Positions 8,899 to 19,266 of a DNA stretch of 64,000 nucleotides are shown piece after piece (the first letter of the stretch is position 1; each line of letters begins with the position of its first letter). The notes beneath the pieces were generated by a model. It was not told the origin of the DNA and made no database searches. It saw nothing but the letters and a program-made list of their open reading frames with translations. Source of the stretch: an uncultured Eubacteriales bacterium (GTDB lineage Bacteria; Bacillota; Clostridia; Christensenellales; CAG-138); NCBI GenBank assembly GCA_902792295.1, contig CADAZC010000004.1, forward strand, positions 8,083-72,082. The letters run 5' to 3'. The translations under genes were made by a program, and so were the position numbers.

Positions 8899-9969
8899 TT
8901 ATTTCAAAACGAAATGCATCTCGACCGGATTGTGATCGGAATACGCAAATCCGGTATCGACGACGTTTGCATAGACAACCTCGACGTTGTCGGTGACCAT
9001 AAAGCCGTCGATGGTCAGCGTGTACTGTCCCGCATGATACGGACCGTCGGCGTTGCGGGAGCTCGGAACCGGCTTTTTTTCATCGATCGGCGCGATCAGC
9101 GTGATGTTCCGTCCCTCGAACATGCTGTCCGGGATCGGCTGCGCCCAAGTATACTCAATGTCGGATTTGCCGAAGTATTTTGAGGAATCGCCGAGCAGGT
9201 CCTTGTTGAAATCGCCGCCCGCGACGCAGTAATTGCCCTTTTCGTATTCGGACTGCATATCGTTCAGCAGAATCTCCAGCTGCTCATAGGCGATCGTACC
9301 GTCGGACGTGTACGCCGAAAGGTGCATGTTGTAAACGATCAGCTCCGCGCCGGACGGCAGCGGGATCCGGTTTTTGCAGTAGCAGCGGTCAAGGTCCAAA
9401 AACTTGGTGAATCCCTCCTCGATCGGCAGCTCCACGCGCTCCGCGGATGCGATCGGCGCCGCGGAAAAAGTCATAAGTCCCGACCGTGCTTTGCCGAACG
9501 GCTGCGTGACCGGATAGGCAAGGAACGGCGAGTCGTAGTTCTGTGCAAACGTATACGACATCTCGGGAAGCGCATTGACCATATACGGGCGCTCCTCAAA
9601 GTAGTAGCTTCGCGTTGAACCGATGTCGATCTCCTGAATCAGGAGGATATCCGCATCCTGCGCCTGCAGGACCGTGCCGATCTCCTTCAGGTTCTTATCG
9701 AGACGTTCCTTCGACCATGCCCATGCGCGGTCGCCGCCGTCCATAAAGAAGCCGAAATCGGATTCATACGCGCCGAAACCGATATTATAGGAAATGATCT
9801 TGTACTCCGTTCCGGTCTCGATCGTGCCGTTTGCAGTCCCTTCCGGCGCGATCGGCTGACTGCCGATGCGATGGTAACGGATGAGCACATAAGCGACATA
9901 GGCGGCAAACAGAAGCACAAGGACCAGCAGGATGATCCCGATGATTTTCAGAGCTTTTTTCATACGCAT
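8899..9969 (-). CDS. membrane-anchored endonuclease/exonuclease/phosphatase (EEP) family hydrolase
   Basis: 356 aa. It has an N-terminal TM helix and the EEP motifs SYNIG, LLIQEID, GGDFN and SDHNP. Confidence 0.8.
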   Translation of the reverse strand: MRMKKALKIIGIILLVLVLLFAAYVAYVLIRYHRIGSQPIAPEGTANGTIETGTEYKIISYNIGFGAYESDFGFFMDGGDRAWAWSKERLDKNLKEIGTVLQAQDADILLIQEIDIGSTRSYYFEERPYMVNALPEMSYTFAQNYDSPFLAYPVTQPFGKARSGLMTFSAAPIASAERVELPIEEGFTKFLDLDRCYCKNRIPLPSGAELIVYNMHLSAYTSDGTIAYEQLEILLNDMQSEYEKGNYCVAGGDFNKDLLGDSSKYFGKSDIEYTWAQPIPDSMFEGRNITLIAPIDEKKPVPSSRNADGPYHAGQYTLTIDGFMVTDNVEVVYANVVDTGFAYSDHNPVEMHFVLK

Positions 9970-9978
9970 TCCTCTTTC

Positions 9979-10983
9979 TTATCCGGCGAAATTTGTTTGA
10001 TAGATCCGCTGCGCAAGCTTTGCCGAGCCGAAGTCCGTGACGATCCAGCCCTTCAGTGCGTCGTTTGAACCGAGCAGCGCGGGATTCAGCTTCTTCGCAA
10101 GCCCGTAGGGATGTCCGAATGCCGCCGTGCCCTTGGTGGAGAGGAAGTTGATCGTCAGGAACGTCTCCCCCGTCTGTCCCGCGGCGACGCCGCTCCGAAA
10201 CGCATTCAGTTTATCGGCGGGATCGTATTCGTAACGATCCTGAATGATCAGCGTGTAGCCGCCGTTTTTGTGCGTTGCGGCGTTCAGCGACACGTCGTTG
10301 TGCCCGTTCTGCGTCTGCCAGTAACACGGAAGTCCGACCGTCGGAACCGGCTGATTCTTATCCTCATAGTGCCGGACAAGAACGATCTTCCCGCGCGCTT
10401 CGCCGACGGTCGGGATCGAATCGGTCAAAAGCCACATATCGGGATCCTGCGCGATGTATGCGGAAAGCAGCGCCTCGAACTGCTCCGGCGTTTCGCTGCC
10501 GTATTCATGCTTGACGGCAAAGACGATCGCCTCCGTCGGATGTGCCTTCAAAAATGCATAGCTGTCGGAAAGAACGTCGTCATAAAACAGCGTCGACGCC
10601 CACGGCCAGCCGGATTTCAGGCAGGCGGTGAATCCGTGCATCAGCTTGAGCTTTTCTCCGCTCGCCGCAAGACGAATGTCGAGATAGCGGAAGCCCGCGT
10701 CGAGCTGTTCGGCGATCGTAAGCGCCTGACATCTGGTGATGAACGCAAGCTGCACGTTTTTCGTTGCGGCGTCATGCGTACCGGGCAGTACGACGTCGGA
10801 AAGCGGCATGTCGTCGGGAAGTCCCTTCATCCAGTCCGCGGCGCCTTCGACGGGTGTTCGGTCGACGTTCTCCAATGCCGGAACGAGGTACATCAGCGTT
10901 CCGAACAGCAGAACGATCAAAAGCGGAATGATCCACAGAAGATGCAGAAGGCGCTTTGCCCCTCCTTTTTCCCTTCCTTTCAT
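9979..10983 (-). CDS. membrane-anchored PI-PLC X-domain phosphodiesterase
   Basis: I chose the start at 10983 because GGAGG lies 8 nt upstream. A TM helix is followed by LPGTHDAAT and GFRYLDIRL, the PLC-like catalytic motifs. Confidence 0.75.
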   Translation of the reverse strand: MKGREKGGAKRLLHLLWIIPLLIVLLFGTLMYLVPALENVDRTPVEGAADWMKGLPDDMPLSDVVLPGTHDAATKNVQLAFITRCQALTIAEQLDAGFRYLDIRLAASGEKLKLMHGFTACLKSGWPWASTLFYDDVLSDSYAFLKAHPTEAIVFAVKHEYGSETPEQFEALLSAYIAQDPDMWLLTDSIPTVGEARGKIVLVRHYEDKNQPVPTVGLPCYWQTQNGHNDVSLNAATHKNGGYTLIIQDRYEYDPADKLNAFRSGVAAGQTGETFLTINFLSTKGTAAFGHPYGLAKKLNPALLGSNDALKGWIVTDFGSAKLAQRIYQTNFAG

Positions 10984-11119
10984 TTGGCTTACCTCCGATC
11001 GTGATTCCTTCATCTTAATATAAAAGTGTATCATAATCCGACGTTGCCTGCAACAGAAATCTTGCGCGGCGGGCGTTTCCGGAGCGTCGGAAATGCGCGT
11101 TCTTTTTTTCGCGGATTTC

Positions 11120-11148
11120 TTGCATCGGGAGGACCTATATGATATAAT
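11120..11148 (+). promoter_or_regulatory. sigma-A type promoter of ruvCAB
   Basis: TTGCAT (11120-11125), a 17-nt spacer, then TATAAT (11143-11148), about 30 nt upstream of the ruvC start. Confidence 0.6.
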
Positions 11149-11177
11149 AAAATGAAAATTTATGAGGAGGAACGGCT

Positions 11178-11675
11178 TTGCGGATTTTGGGGATCGACCC
11201 GGGCTATGCGATCATGGGCTACGGCGTCGTTGAAAAAAACGGTCAGTCGCTCGTGCCGGTCGATTTCGGCGTAGTGGAAACGGACAAGTCGCTTCCGTTT
11301 CCGGAGCGGCTCGAAAAGCTGTATCTCGGCACACGGCAGCTTTGCGAACTGTATCATCCCGATATGGCGGCGTTTGAGGAGCTGTTCTTTTACCACAACA
11401 TCACGACCGCGATCTCCGTGGGATCGGGACGCGGCGTTTCGATCCTCGGCGTGCAGCAGTGCGGCATTCCCATGTATGAGTTTACGCCGATGGAGATCAA
11501 GCAGTCCGTCTGCGGCAACGGTCACGCCGACAAAAAGCAGGTCCAGCAGATGATCCGCGTGCTGCTCGGGCTCAAGACCGAGCCGAAACCGGACGACGCG
11601 GCGGACGCGCTGGCGGCGGCGTTGTGTCTGGCGTTTCACGCGGGACCCGCGCAGGAAGAATACCGGATCAAATAG
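11178..11675 (+). CDS. ruvC: crossover junction endodeoxyribonuclease RuvC
   Basis: TTG start 7 nt after GAGGAGG. The product reads ILGIDPGYAIMGYGVV... with HADKKQV and DAADALAAAL, a RuvC-typical sequence. Confidence 0.92.
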   Translation: MRILGIDPGYAIMGYGVVEKNGQSLVPVDFGVVETDKSLPFPERLEKLYLGTRQLCELYHPDMAAFEELFFYHNITTAISVGSGRGVSILGVQQCGIPMYEFTPMEIKQSVCGNGHADKKQVQQMIRVLLGLKTEPKPDDAADALAAALCLAFHAGPAQEEYRIK

Positions 11676-11684
11676 GAGAACACC

Positions 11685-12281
11685 ATGTACGCATATATCA
11701 AAGGAATCGTTGAGGAATCGGGCGCGGACCGCGCCGTCGTCGAGGCGGCGGGCGTCGGATACGAACTGTTCTGCAGCACGATGACGCTGAAAACGCTGAT
11801 CGTCGGGAAACCCGCCAAGCTCTATACGCATCTGCATCTTGCGGAGGGCGTGCAGGCGCTGTACGGATTTGCCGATACCGAGGAACGCGATATGTTCCGG
11901 CGGCTTCTGAACGTTTCGCGCGTCGGACCGAAGCTGGCGATCTCGGTGCTTTCGACCATGACGCCGTCGGATGTGCGTGCGGCGATCGTGACCGACAATC
12001 CCGCGGCGTTCGACCGTGTCGTCGGCATGGGCAGAAAGACCGCGCAGCGCGTGATCCTCGAACTGCAGGAAGCGATCCGGCAGGAAACGCCGGGCGCGAT
12101 TCCGGTGAGGGCGGCCGATGCAAAGCCGTCGCTTCCCTCCCTGCAGAGCGAAGCGGTCGCGGCGCTCACGTCGCTCGGATACGACGGGCTGACCGCGTCG
12201 CGTGCGGTTGCGAAGATCAAGGAAGCGGACACGGTGGAAGAACTGATCACCAAAGCGCTGAAAAGCATGGCAAAGGGGTAA
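11685..12281 (+). CDS. ruvA: Holliday junction DNA helicase RuvA
   Basis: 198 aa. MYAYIKG... GVGYEL ... the HhH region FRRLLNVSRVGPKLA ... and the domain III tail. Confidence 0.92.
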   Translation: MYAYIKGIVEESGADRAVVEAAGVGYELFCSTMTLKTLIVGKPAKLYTHLHLAEGVQALYGFADTEERDMFRRLLNVSRVGPKLAISVLSTMTPSDVRAAIVTDNPAAFDRVVGMGRKTAQRVILELQEAIRQETPGAIPVRAADAKPSLPSLQSEAVAALTSLGYDGLTASRAVAKIKEADTVEELITKALKSMAKG

Positions 12282-12284
12282 AAC

Positions 12285-13313
12285 ATGCAGGACGATCGAC
12301 TGATTTCTTCTTCCCTTCAGGAGGAGGACACCAAAAACGAATACAGCATCCGCCCGCATTTTTTGTCCGAGTACATCGGTCAGGAAAGCGTGAAGGAGCA
12401 TATGCAGATCTATATCGAAGCGGCAAAGTCCCGCGGCGAGTCGCTGGATCATGCGCTTCTGTACGGACCTCCGGGTCTCGGCAAAACGACGCTCGCAGGC
12501 ATTATTGCAAATGAGATGGGCGTCAGTCTGCGCGTGACGAGCGGTCCCGCCATCACGCATGCGGGCGATCTTGCCGCACTTTTAACAAACCTCAGCCCGG
12601 GCGACGTGCTCTTTATCGACGAGATCCACCGGCTGAATCCGAACGTCGAGGAGGTCCTGTACCCCGCGATGGAGGATTTCGCGCTCGATATCATTATCGG
12701 CAAAGGTCCCGGCGCGCGGAGCATCCGTCTCGATCTGCCTCGGTTCACGCTGATCGGCGCAACCACGCGGCTCGGCATGCTCTCCTCCCCGCTGCGCGAC
12801 CGTTTCGGCATCAAGGAACAGCTGGAACTGTATACGCCCGAAAGCTTAAAGGAAATCGTCACGCGCAGCGCGGACATTCTGCACATCGACATCGACGAGG
12901 AAGGCGCGCTGGAAATTGCGTCCCGCTCACGCGGAACGCCGCGTATCGCAAACCGGCTTCTTCGCCGTGTGCGCGACTATTCGCAGGTGCGCGGAAGCGG
13001 CGTGATCGACCTCGAAACTGCGCAGAACGCGCTCGCCATGCTGAAGATCGACGAGCTCGGTCTGGACGCGGTCGACCGCAAGATGCTCACCGCCATGATC
13101 GAAACGTTCCGCGGCGGTCCCGTGGGGCTCGATACCATTGCCGCCTACACCGGCGAGGATGCCGGCACGGTCGAGGACGTCTATGAACCGTATCTTCTGA
13201 AGCTCGGCTTCATTGCCCGCACCACGCGCGGCAGGATCGTTTTGCCGGATGCATACCGGCATTTGGACTACCCCGTACCCGTAACGGTGCAGCAGGATCG
13301 TCTGGAGGTTTAA
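12285..13313 (+). CDS. ruvB: Holliday junction DNA helicase RuvB
   Basis: 342 aa. It has Walker [10 protein letters not shown], Walker [11 protein letters not shown] and sensor [11 protein letters not shown]. Confidence 0.95.
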   Translation: MQDDRLISSSLQEEDTKNEYSIRPHFLSEYIGQESVKEHMQIYIEAAKSRGESLDHALLYGPPGLGKTTLAGIIANEMGVSLRVTSGPAITHAGDLAALLTNLSPGDVLFIDEIHRLNPNVEEVLYPAMEDFALDIIIGKGPGARSIRLDLPRFTLIGATTRLGMLSSPLRDRFGIKEQLELYTPESLKEIVTRSADILHIDIDEEGALEIASRSRGTPRIANRLLRRVRDYSQVRGSGVIDLETAQNALAMLKIDELGLDAVDRKMLTAMIETFRGGPVGLDTIAAYTGEDAGTVEDVYEPYLLKLGFIARTTRGRIVLPDAYRHLDYPVPVTVQQDRLEV

Positions 13314-13314
13314 C

Positions 13315-14064
13315 ATGTTCGGCAAGAAACAGCGCATCATCGCAGAGCAGCAGGAACGCATCACCGCGCTCGAACAGCAGTTGGAAACGCTCACCGCCGA
13401 CAATAAGCGGCTGAAGGACCGCATCATCGACGTGGAACGCCGTGAGCGCGGCATCGGACGCGCGCTGAACGAAGCGACCGCGACCGCCGACAATATGATC
13501 GCAGACGCGCAGCGCAAGGCGGGCGTCATTCTTGAACAGACGCAGGGCGAATGCGATTCGCTGCGCAAAAAAGCGGAACGCACCGTCGACGATGCCTACC
13601 GCAGCGCACGCGAGATCATCCGCGAAGCGGAGGACGAAGGCGTCAAAAAGCGCGAGGAGTTTCAGCAGCAGATCGAACAGTACGCCGCGCTGCTCACCGG
13701 TTATGACAACATGGTGCAGGAGCAGCTTCAGATGGCGCAGGACAGCGCGAAGCGGTTCGCAGAGCTTTCCCGCGCGCTGCACGAAGCGGTCCCGCAGCTT
13801 CTCGGCGCGGACGGCTCGCCCCTGCCCGGGCTCGGCACGACCGACTCCGACAAAGGAAAGCCGAACGGCGATCCGTCCTATCTCCGTGAGGATATCCCCG
13901 ATTATCAGGCGACGCCCTTAAACTATGAGCCGAGCCGCGAAAGCGAATCGGACGGTCCGCTCTGGACGGTCGACCAGATCGCAAAGGACGATCCCGAAAA
14001 GGAAAGCTCCGACGTCGATCAGATCATCGACGAGATCCTTGCCGCTGCGGAGGACGAAGCATGA
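13315..14064 (+). CDS. coiled-coil protein, DivIVA-like N-terminal half with an acidic C-terminal tail (function unknown)
   Basis: 249 aa, with heptad-rich sequence (ITALEQQLETLTADNKRLKDRI...). It starts 2 nt after ruvB and overlaps the next gene by 4 nt. Confidence 0.6.
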   Translation: MFGKKQRIIAEQQERITALEQQLETLTADNKRLKDRIIDVERRERGIGRALNEATATADNMIADAQRKAGVILEQTQGECDSLRKKAERTVDDAYRSAREIIREAEDEGVKKREEFQQQIEQYAALLTGYDNMVQEQLQMAQDSAKRFAELSRALHEAVPQLLGADGSPLPGLGTTDSDKGKPNGDPSYLREDIPDYQATPLNYEPSRESESDGPLWTVDQIAKDDPEKESSDVDQIIDEILAAAEDEA

Positions 14065-14756
14065 AGCTGACGCTTTTGGGCGTTTACGGTCCGTTTCCCG
14101 CGGCGGGAAAGGGCTGTTCGTCCTACCTGGTTGAGGACGGCGATACGCGGATCCTGCTGGACTGCGGCAGCGGGTCTTTAAGCCGGCTTCGCGCTTTGAT
14201 CCCCGGACGGATGCGCCTTGACGCAATCGTGCTTTCGCATCTGCACGCGGATCATTGCGGAGAAATCGATCTCTTTCGGTATCTCATGGAATTCGGGCTG
14301 TGCGACGCGCCGGTCACGCTGTTTTCGCCGGAGATCGAGCGATTCACCTCCCCCGTGTTCCGTCCGGTCCGCACATATGACGGCTTCGAGGCAAAGATCG
14401 GAACCGTGACGCTGCGGTTTTCGGAGGTTCGCCACGCGGTGAAAACCACGGGCGTGCGGATCACGGACGAAAACGGCCGATCCCTGTTCTACACGGGCGA
14501 CAGCGCGTGGTTCGACGGAATCGAAGATATCACGAAGGATGCCGATCTGCTGCTTGCGGACGCGTGTCTCGTCGACGAATCGAACGAAAAAGCGCTGAAA
14601 AACCACATGACCGTTTTCGAGGTCATGCGGCTCAGAGCGGCGGCGCATTGCGGACGCGCCGTGCTTACCCACCGCTTCGGCGGCGAAACATACCTTCCCG
14701 CGCTTTCGGACCCGTTCTGCGAATATGCCGAGGAAGGCGCGGTCTATGAGATTTGA
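14061..14756 (+). CDS. MBL-fold metallo-hydrolase
   Basis: 231 aa with the SHLHADHCG (HxHxDH) motif. Confidence 0.8.
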   Translation: MKLTLLGVYGPFPAAGKGCSSYLVEDGDTRILLDCGSGSLSRLRALIPGRMRLDAIVLSHLHADHCGEIDLFRYLMEFGLCDAPVTLFSPEIERFTSPVFRPVRTYDGFEAKIGTVTLRFSEVRHAVKTTGVRITDENGRSLFYTGDSAWFDGIEDITKDADLLLADACLVDESNEKALKNHMTVFEVMRLRAAAHCGRAVLTHRFGGETYLPALSDPFCEYAEEGAVYEI

Positions 14757-14813
14757 AATGATGCGAGCGATCGCTTCATGATATAAGGAAATTCAGGAAA
14801 GGAATATAGAACT

Positions 14814-16751
14814 ATGGCAAAAATGACAATCGAAGACGTCAACGTAGAAGGCAAGAGAGTTCTTGTGCGCGTGGACTTCAATGTTCCGCTCGCAGAGGAC
14901 GGTACCGTTTCGGATGACAAGCGCATCGTTGCTGCGCTTCCGACGATCAAGTACCTCCTGGACCACAAAGCGAAGGTCATCCTTTGCTCGCATCTCGGCA
15001 GACCCAAAGGAGAAGTCAATCCGAAGTACTCTCTGGAACCCGTCGGTCAGCGCCTTGCGGAGCTGCTGCCGGATACGCGCGTATGGTTTGCGACCGACAC
15101 GATCGGCGAAAGCGCAAAGACCGCGATCGCGGACATGAAGGAAGGCGAAATCGTCCTGCTCGAGAACACGCGCTTCCATAAGGAAGAGGAAAAGAACGAT
15201 CCGGAATTCGCAAAGCAGCTTGCTTCCCTCGCGGACCTGTTCGTCTCCGACGCGTTCGGCACCGTGCATCGCGCGCATGCGTCCACGGCGGGCGTTGCGG
15301 ACTACATCCCCGCAGTCGCCGGATATCTCATCGGCAAGGAACTCGGCGTGATGGGCGAAGCGCTCGAAAACCCGGTCCGCCCGTTTGTGGCGATCCTCGG
15401 CGGCGCAAAAGTTGCGGATAAGATCGGCGTCATCAAGAACCTTCTCGCAAAGTGCGACAGTCTGATCATCGGCGGCGGCATGGCATACACGTTCTTCAAG
15501 GCAATGGGCTATGAGATCGGCACCTCGCTGCTCGACGAAAACAGCATCGACCTCGCGAAGGACCTGATGGCGGAAGCCAAAGAACGCGGCGTAAACCTGC
15601 TGCTTCCGGTCGACACCGTGGTCGCAAAGGAATATGCGGCGGACGCGGAGCACAAGACGGTTCCCGCCGACGCGATCCCCGAGGGCTGGATGGGTCTCGA
15701 TATCGGCGAGAAGAGCTGCGAGCTGTTCCGCAAGACGATCCTCGAAGCAAAAACCGTTATCTGGAACGGACCGATGGGCGTGTTTGAATTCCCGGCGTTT
15801 GCGGAGGGCACCAAGAAGGTCGCCGAAGCATGCGCGGACTGCGAGGGTACGACGATCATCGGCGGCGGCGATTCCGCTTCCGCTGTGAAAAAGCTCGGCT
15901 TTGCCAAGAAGATGACGCACATCTCCACCGGCGGCGGCGCATCGCTCGAGTTCCTCGAAGGCAAGGTTCTTCCCGGTGTGGCGGTTCTGAACGACAAGCC
16001 GGAAGGCAGACGTCCGATCATCGCCGGCAACTGGAAGATGAACAAGACGCCCGAAGAGGCGGTCGAGCTCGTCGAAGCGCTGATCCCGCTCGTAAAGGAT
16101 GCGAAGTGCGAAGTCGTCGTCTGCCCGCCGTACGTGGATCTCTGCTGCGTGGGCAAGACGATCAAGGGAACCAACATCAAGCTCGGCGCGCAGAACATCC
16201 ATTGGGCGGAAAAGGGCGCGTTCACCGGCGAGATCTCCGCGGACATGCTGAAAGCACGCGGCGTGGAATTCGCGATCGTCGGTCATTCCGAGCGCCGTCA
16301 GTATTTCGGCGAAACGGACGAGACCGTGAACAAGCGCGCGCTTGCCGCTCTGAACGCGGGCATCACCCCCATCATCTGCGTCGGCGAATCGCTGGAGCAG
16401 CGTGAAGCGGGCGTGACGGACGAACTCGTTTCCAACCAGACCGTTGCGGCGTTGAAGGACATGACGAACGCGCAGGTCGAATCCGTCGTGATCGCATACG
16501 AGCCCATCTGGGCGATCGGTACCGGCAAGACCGCGACGAAGGAAGACGCGAATGCGACCATCGGCGTGATCCGCAAGGCGATCGCCGGCGTGTTCGGCGA
16601 TGCGACGGCGAATAAGGTCCGCATCCAATACGGCGGCAGCATGAATCCGAAGAACGCAAGCGAACTCATGGCAATGCCGGAGATCGACGGCGGTCTGATC
16701 GGCGGTGCAAGCTTGAAAGCCGAAGACTTCTCGAAGGTGGTTCATTTCTGA
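14814..16751 (+). CDS. pgk/tpiA: bifunctional phosphoglycerate kinase / triosephosphate isomerase fusion
   Basis: A single 645-aa ORF. PGK occupies about residues 1-395 ([24 protein letters not shown]). A PEG linker is followed by TPI from about residue 399 ([27 protein letters not shown]). There is no stop or start codon at the junction. Confidence 0.9.
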   Translation: MAKMTIEDVNVEGKRVLVRVDFNVPLAEDGTVSDDKRIVAALPTIKYLLDHKAKVILCSHLGRPKGEVNPKYSLEPVGQRLAELLPDTRVWFATDTIGESAKTAIADMKEGEIVLLENTRFHKEEEKNDPEFAKQLASLADLFVSDAFGTVHRAHASTAGVADYIPAVAGYLIGKELGVMGEALENPVRPFVAILGGAKVADKIGVIKNLLAKCDSLIIGGGMAYTFFKAMGYEIGTSLLDENSIDLAKDLMAEAKERGVNLLLPVDTVVAKEYAADAEHKTVPADAIPEGWMGLDIGEKSCELFRKTILEAKTVIWNGPMGVFEFPAFAEGTKKVAEACADCEGTTIIGGGDSASAVKKLGFAKKMTHISTGGGASLEFLEGKVLPGVAVLNDKPEGRRPIIAGNWKMNKTPEEAVELVEALIPLVKDAKCEVVVCPPYVDLCCVGKTIKGTNIKLGAQNIHWAEKGAFTGEISADMLKARGVEFAIVGHSERRQYFGETDETVNKRALAALNAGITPIICVGESLEQREAGVTDELVSNQTVAALKDMTNAQVESVVIAYEPIWAIGTGKTATKEDANATIGVIRKAIAGVFGDATANKVRIQYGGSMNPKNASELMAMPEIDGGLIGGASLKAEDFSKVVHF

Positions 16752-18292
16752 TGAAGCCGATTACAGCATTGATCATCCTCGACGGCTTCGGCTATCGGGA
16801 AGAAAAAAAGTATAACGCGATCCTCACCGACGGCGCAGAGAACTTCATGCGTCTCTGGAAAACCTATCCGCACACGCTGATCGGCGCGAGCGGCATGGAC
16901 GTCGGTCTGCCCGACGGACAGATGGGCAATTCCGAGGTCGGTCACACGAACATCGGCGCGGGGCGCATCGTCTATCAGGAGCTGACCCGTATCACGAAAG
17001 CGATCAAGGACGGCGATTTCTTTGAGAATCCCGCCTTCCTCGGCGCGATCGAAAACTGCAAGGCGCACGATTCCTCGCTGCACCTGATGGGGCTCTGCTC
17101 CGACGGCGGCGTGCACAGTCACCTTGAGCATCTGTATGCGCTGGTCGAGCTTGCGAAGCGCAACGGTCTCAAAAAGGTCTACGTCCACTGCTTCATGGAC
17201 GGGCGCGACGTTCCCCCGTCCTCCGGCAAGGGCTACCTTGAACAGCTCGACGCAAAGCTCAAAGAGATCGGCTGCGGAAAGATCGCGACGGTCATGGGCA
17301 GATTCTACGCAATGGATCGCGACAACCGGTTCGAGCGCGTACAGCGCGCGTATGCCGCGCTGACCTACGGCGAAGGCATGACCGCCGCCTCCGGTCCCGA
17401 AGCGATGCAGCTGAGTTATGATCGCGGCGATACCGACGAGTTCGTACAGCCGACCGTGATCCTGACCGACGGCAAGCCCACCGCAACGATCGGTCAAAAT
17501 GACAGCGTAATCTTCTTTAACTTCCGTCCGGACAGAGCAAGAGAGATCTCGCGCGCGTACATCTTCGAGGACTTCGACGGCTTCGAGCGCAGATTCGGCT
17601 TCTTCCCGCTGTACTACGTTTCGATGACGCAGTACGACAAGACGTTCGAGAACAACCTGCACGTTGCGTTCAAACCGCAGTCGCTGAACAACACGTTCGG
17701 CGCCTACGTTGCGGACAACGGACTGACGCAGCTTCGCATTGCGGAGACCGAAAAGTACGCGCACGTCACGTTCTTCTTCAACGGCGGCGTGGAAGCGCCG
17801 AACGCGAACGAGGATCGCTGCCTCATCCCCTCGCCGAAGGTCGCAACCTACGATCTGAAGCCCGAGATGAGCGCGTATGAAGTCGCGGCGGAAGCGAAAG
17901 CCCGGATCGAAAGCGGCAAGTATGACGTGATGATCCTGAACTTCGCGAACCCCGACATGGTCGGACACACCGGCGTGATGGAAGCGGCGGTGAAAGCGGT
18001 CCATGCCGTCGACGAATGTCTCCATACGGTCGTGACCGCGATCCTCAAGACAGGCGGCCGCTGCATCGTGACCGCGGACCACGGCAACTGCGAGCTGATG
18101 TGGGACGAAGCGCAGAATGCGCCGTTTACCGCGCACACGACGCTTCCCGTGCCGTGCATTCTGGTCGACGATACGCGTAAGGACGTTACGCTCCGCAAAG
18201 GCGGACGGCTGTGCGACCTTGCTCCGACGCTGCTTACGCTGATGGGTCTGCCCGTGCCGCAGGAAATGACGGGCAAATCGCTGGTAGAATAA
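16751..18292 (+). CDS. gpmI: 2,3-bisphosphoglycerate-independent phosphoglycerate mutase
   Basis: 513 aa. ILDGFG, GNSEVGH and ADHGN are iPGM motifs. Its start overlaps the pgk-tpi stop. Confidence 0.93.
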   Translation: MKPITALIILDGFGYREEKKYNAILTDGAENFMRLWKTYPHTLIGASGMDVGLPDGQMGNSEVGHTNIGAGRIVYQELTRITKAIKDGDFFENPAFLGAIENCKAHDSSLHLMGLCSDGGVHSHLEHLYALVELAKRNGLKKVYVHCFMDGRDVPPSSGKGYLEQLDAKLKEIGCGKIATVMGRFYAMDRDNRFERVQRAYAALTYGEGMTAASGPEAMQLSYDRGDTDEFVQPTVILTDGKPTATIGQNDSVIFFNFRPDRAREISRAYIFEDFDGFERRFGFFPLYYVSMTQYDKTFENNLHVAFKPQSLNNTFGAYVADNGLTQLRIAETEKYAHVTFFFNGGVEAPNANEDRCLIPSPKVATYDLKPEMSAYEVAAEAKARIESGKYDVMILNFANPDMVGHTGVMEAAVKAVHAVDECLHTVVTAILKTGGRCIVTADHGNCELMWDEAQNAPFTAHTTLPVPCILVDDTRKDVTLRKGGRLCDLAPTLLTLMGLPVPQEMTGKSLVE

Positions 18293-18362
18293 GCGGAACG
18301 ATCAAAGCCCTGCAAAGCGGACGATGCAGGCATAAAACGATCCAAAGTTTTTCGTTTTATGC

Positions 18363-18391
18363 TTGCATTTCCGAAAGGTGCGTGTTATAAT
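18363..18391 (+). promoter_or_regulatory. sigma-A type promoter of secG
   Basis: TTGCAT (18363-18368), a 17-nt spacer, then TATAAT (18386-18391) with a TGn extended -10. Confidence 0.6.
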
Positions 18392-18422
18392 CATTCCCGC
18401 AGATATTTTTGGAGGAACTGAT

Positions 18423-18683
18423 ATGGATATTTTGATGTGGGTTGTGGCCGGTATTCTGGTACTTTCGTCGATTCTGATGTGCGTGGTCGTGCTGATCCAA
18501 CAGACCAAGTCTTCCGGTCTCGGCGCAGCATACGGCAGCGACACCGTTTCTTTTTCGCAGCGCGGAAAGGCCGCAAGCCGTGAAGCCAAGCTGCAGAAGA
18601 TCACCGTTGTTCTCGCGATCATCATCGCGGTCATGGCGATTGCGTTGATGCTGATCGCCAGATTCGCAGGCAAATCGATCTGA
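18423..18683 (+). CDS. secG: preprotein translocase subunit SecG
   Basis: The ATG at 18423 lies 7 nt after GGAGG. The 86-aa product has two TM segments and [11 protein letters not shown], the SecG signature. Confidence 0.85.
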   Translation: MDILMWVVAGILVLSSILMCVVVLIQQTKSSGLGAAYGSDTVSFSQRGKAASREAKLQKITVVLAIIIAVMAIALMLIARFAGKSI

Positions 18684-18704
18684 TCGCAACAGAAAAGAAC
18701 TTGC

Positions 18705-18736
18705 AACGGTGCATCGCTCGATGCACCGTTTCTATT
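18705..18736 (+). terminator. stem-loop after secG (possible terminator or attenuator)
   Basis: AACGGTGCATCG (18705-18716) pairs with CGATGCACCGTT (18719-18730). The downstream T tract is weak (TTCTATT). Confidence 0.4.
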
Positions 18737-18756
18737 CGGAGAAAGGAGGACGTGCC

Positions 18757-19224
18757 GTGCCGGTACACAAGGGAATCAAGATCGCCGCGCAGAACCGCAA
18801 GGCGCGTCACGATTATTTTATTGAAGACACATACGAATGCGGAATCGTATTGCAGGGAACCGAGGTCAAGTCGATCCGCAACGGCGCACTGAACCTCAAG
18901 GACAGCTATGCGCAGGTCAAAAACGGCGAACTCTATTTGATCGGGATGCATGTGAGCCCCTACGAACAGGGCAACATCTATAACCACGATCCGTTCCGCA
19001 CGAGAAAGCTCCTTGCGCATGCGCGCGAGATCCGAAAGCTCCTCACCCAGTCGCAGGCGGAGGGCTACAGTCTCGTTCCCCTGTCCGTCTATTTCAAGGA
19101 TGGCAAGGTCAAGGTCGAGCTGGCGGTTGCAAAGGGCAAAAAGCTCTATGACAAGCGCGCGAGCATCGCGGACCGCGACGCCGACCGCGACATCGAACGG
19201 AACATCAAAAAGCAGTATCGCTGA
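18757..19224 (+). CDS. smpB: SsrA-binding protein SmpB
   Basis: The GTG at 18757 lies 6 nt after AAAGGAGGA. The product contains [15 protein letters not shown] and GTEVKS, a typical SmpB sequence. Confidence 0.9.
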   Translation: MPVHKGIKIAAQNRKARHDYFIEDTYECGIVLQGTEVKSIRNGALNLKDSYAQVKNGELYLIGMHVSPYEQGNIYNHDPFRTRKLLAHAREIRKLLTQSQAEGYSLVPLSVYFKDGKVKVELAVAKGKKLYDKRASIADRDADRDIERNIKKQYR

Positions 19225-19266
19225 CGAAAGCCGGCATACTATATGAACAACCACTTTATCGATCTC

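Noticed and set aside
11160-12560. A 466-aa minus-strand ORF across ruvC, ruvA and ruvB.
   Set aside because: It is a shadow ORF opposite three conserved genes, with Arg-rich composition and no SD.
14793-18136. Minus-strand ORFs of 650 aa and 464 aa opposite pgk-tpi and gpmI.
   Set aside because: The plus strand encodes textbook glycolytic enzymes. The antisense products have no recognisable motifs and a biased R/A/D/H composition.
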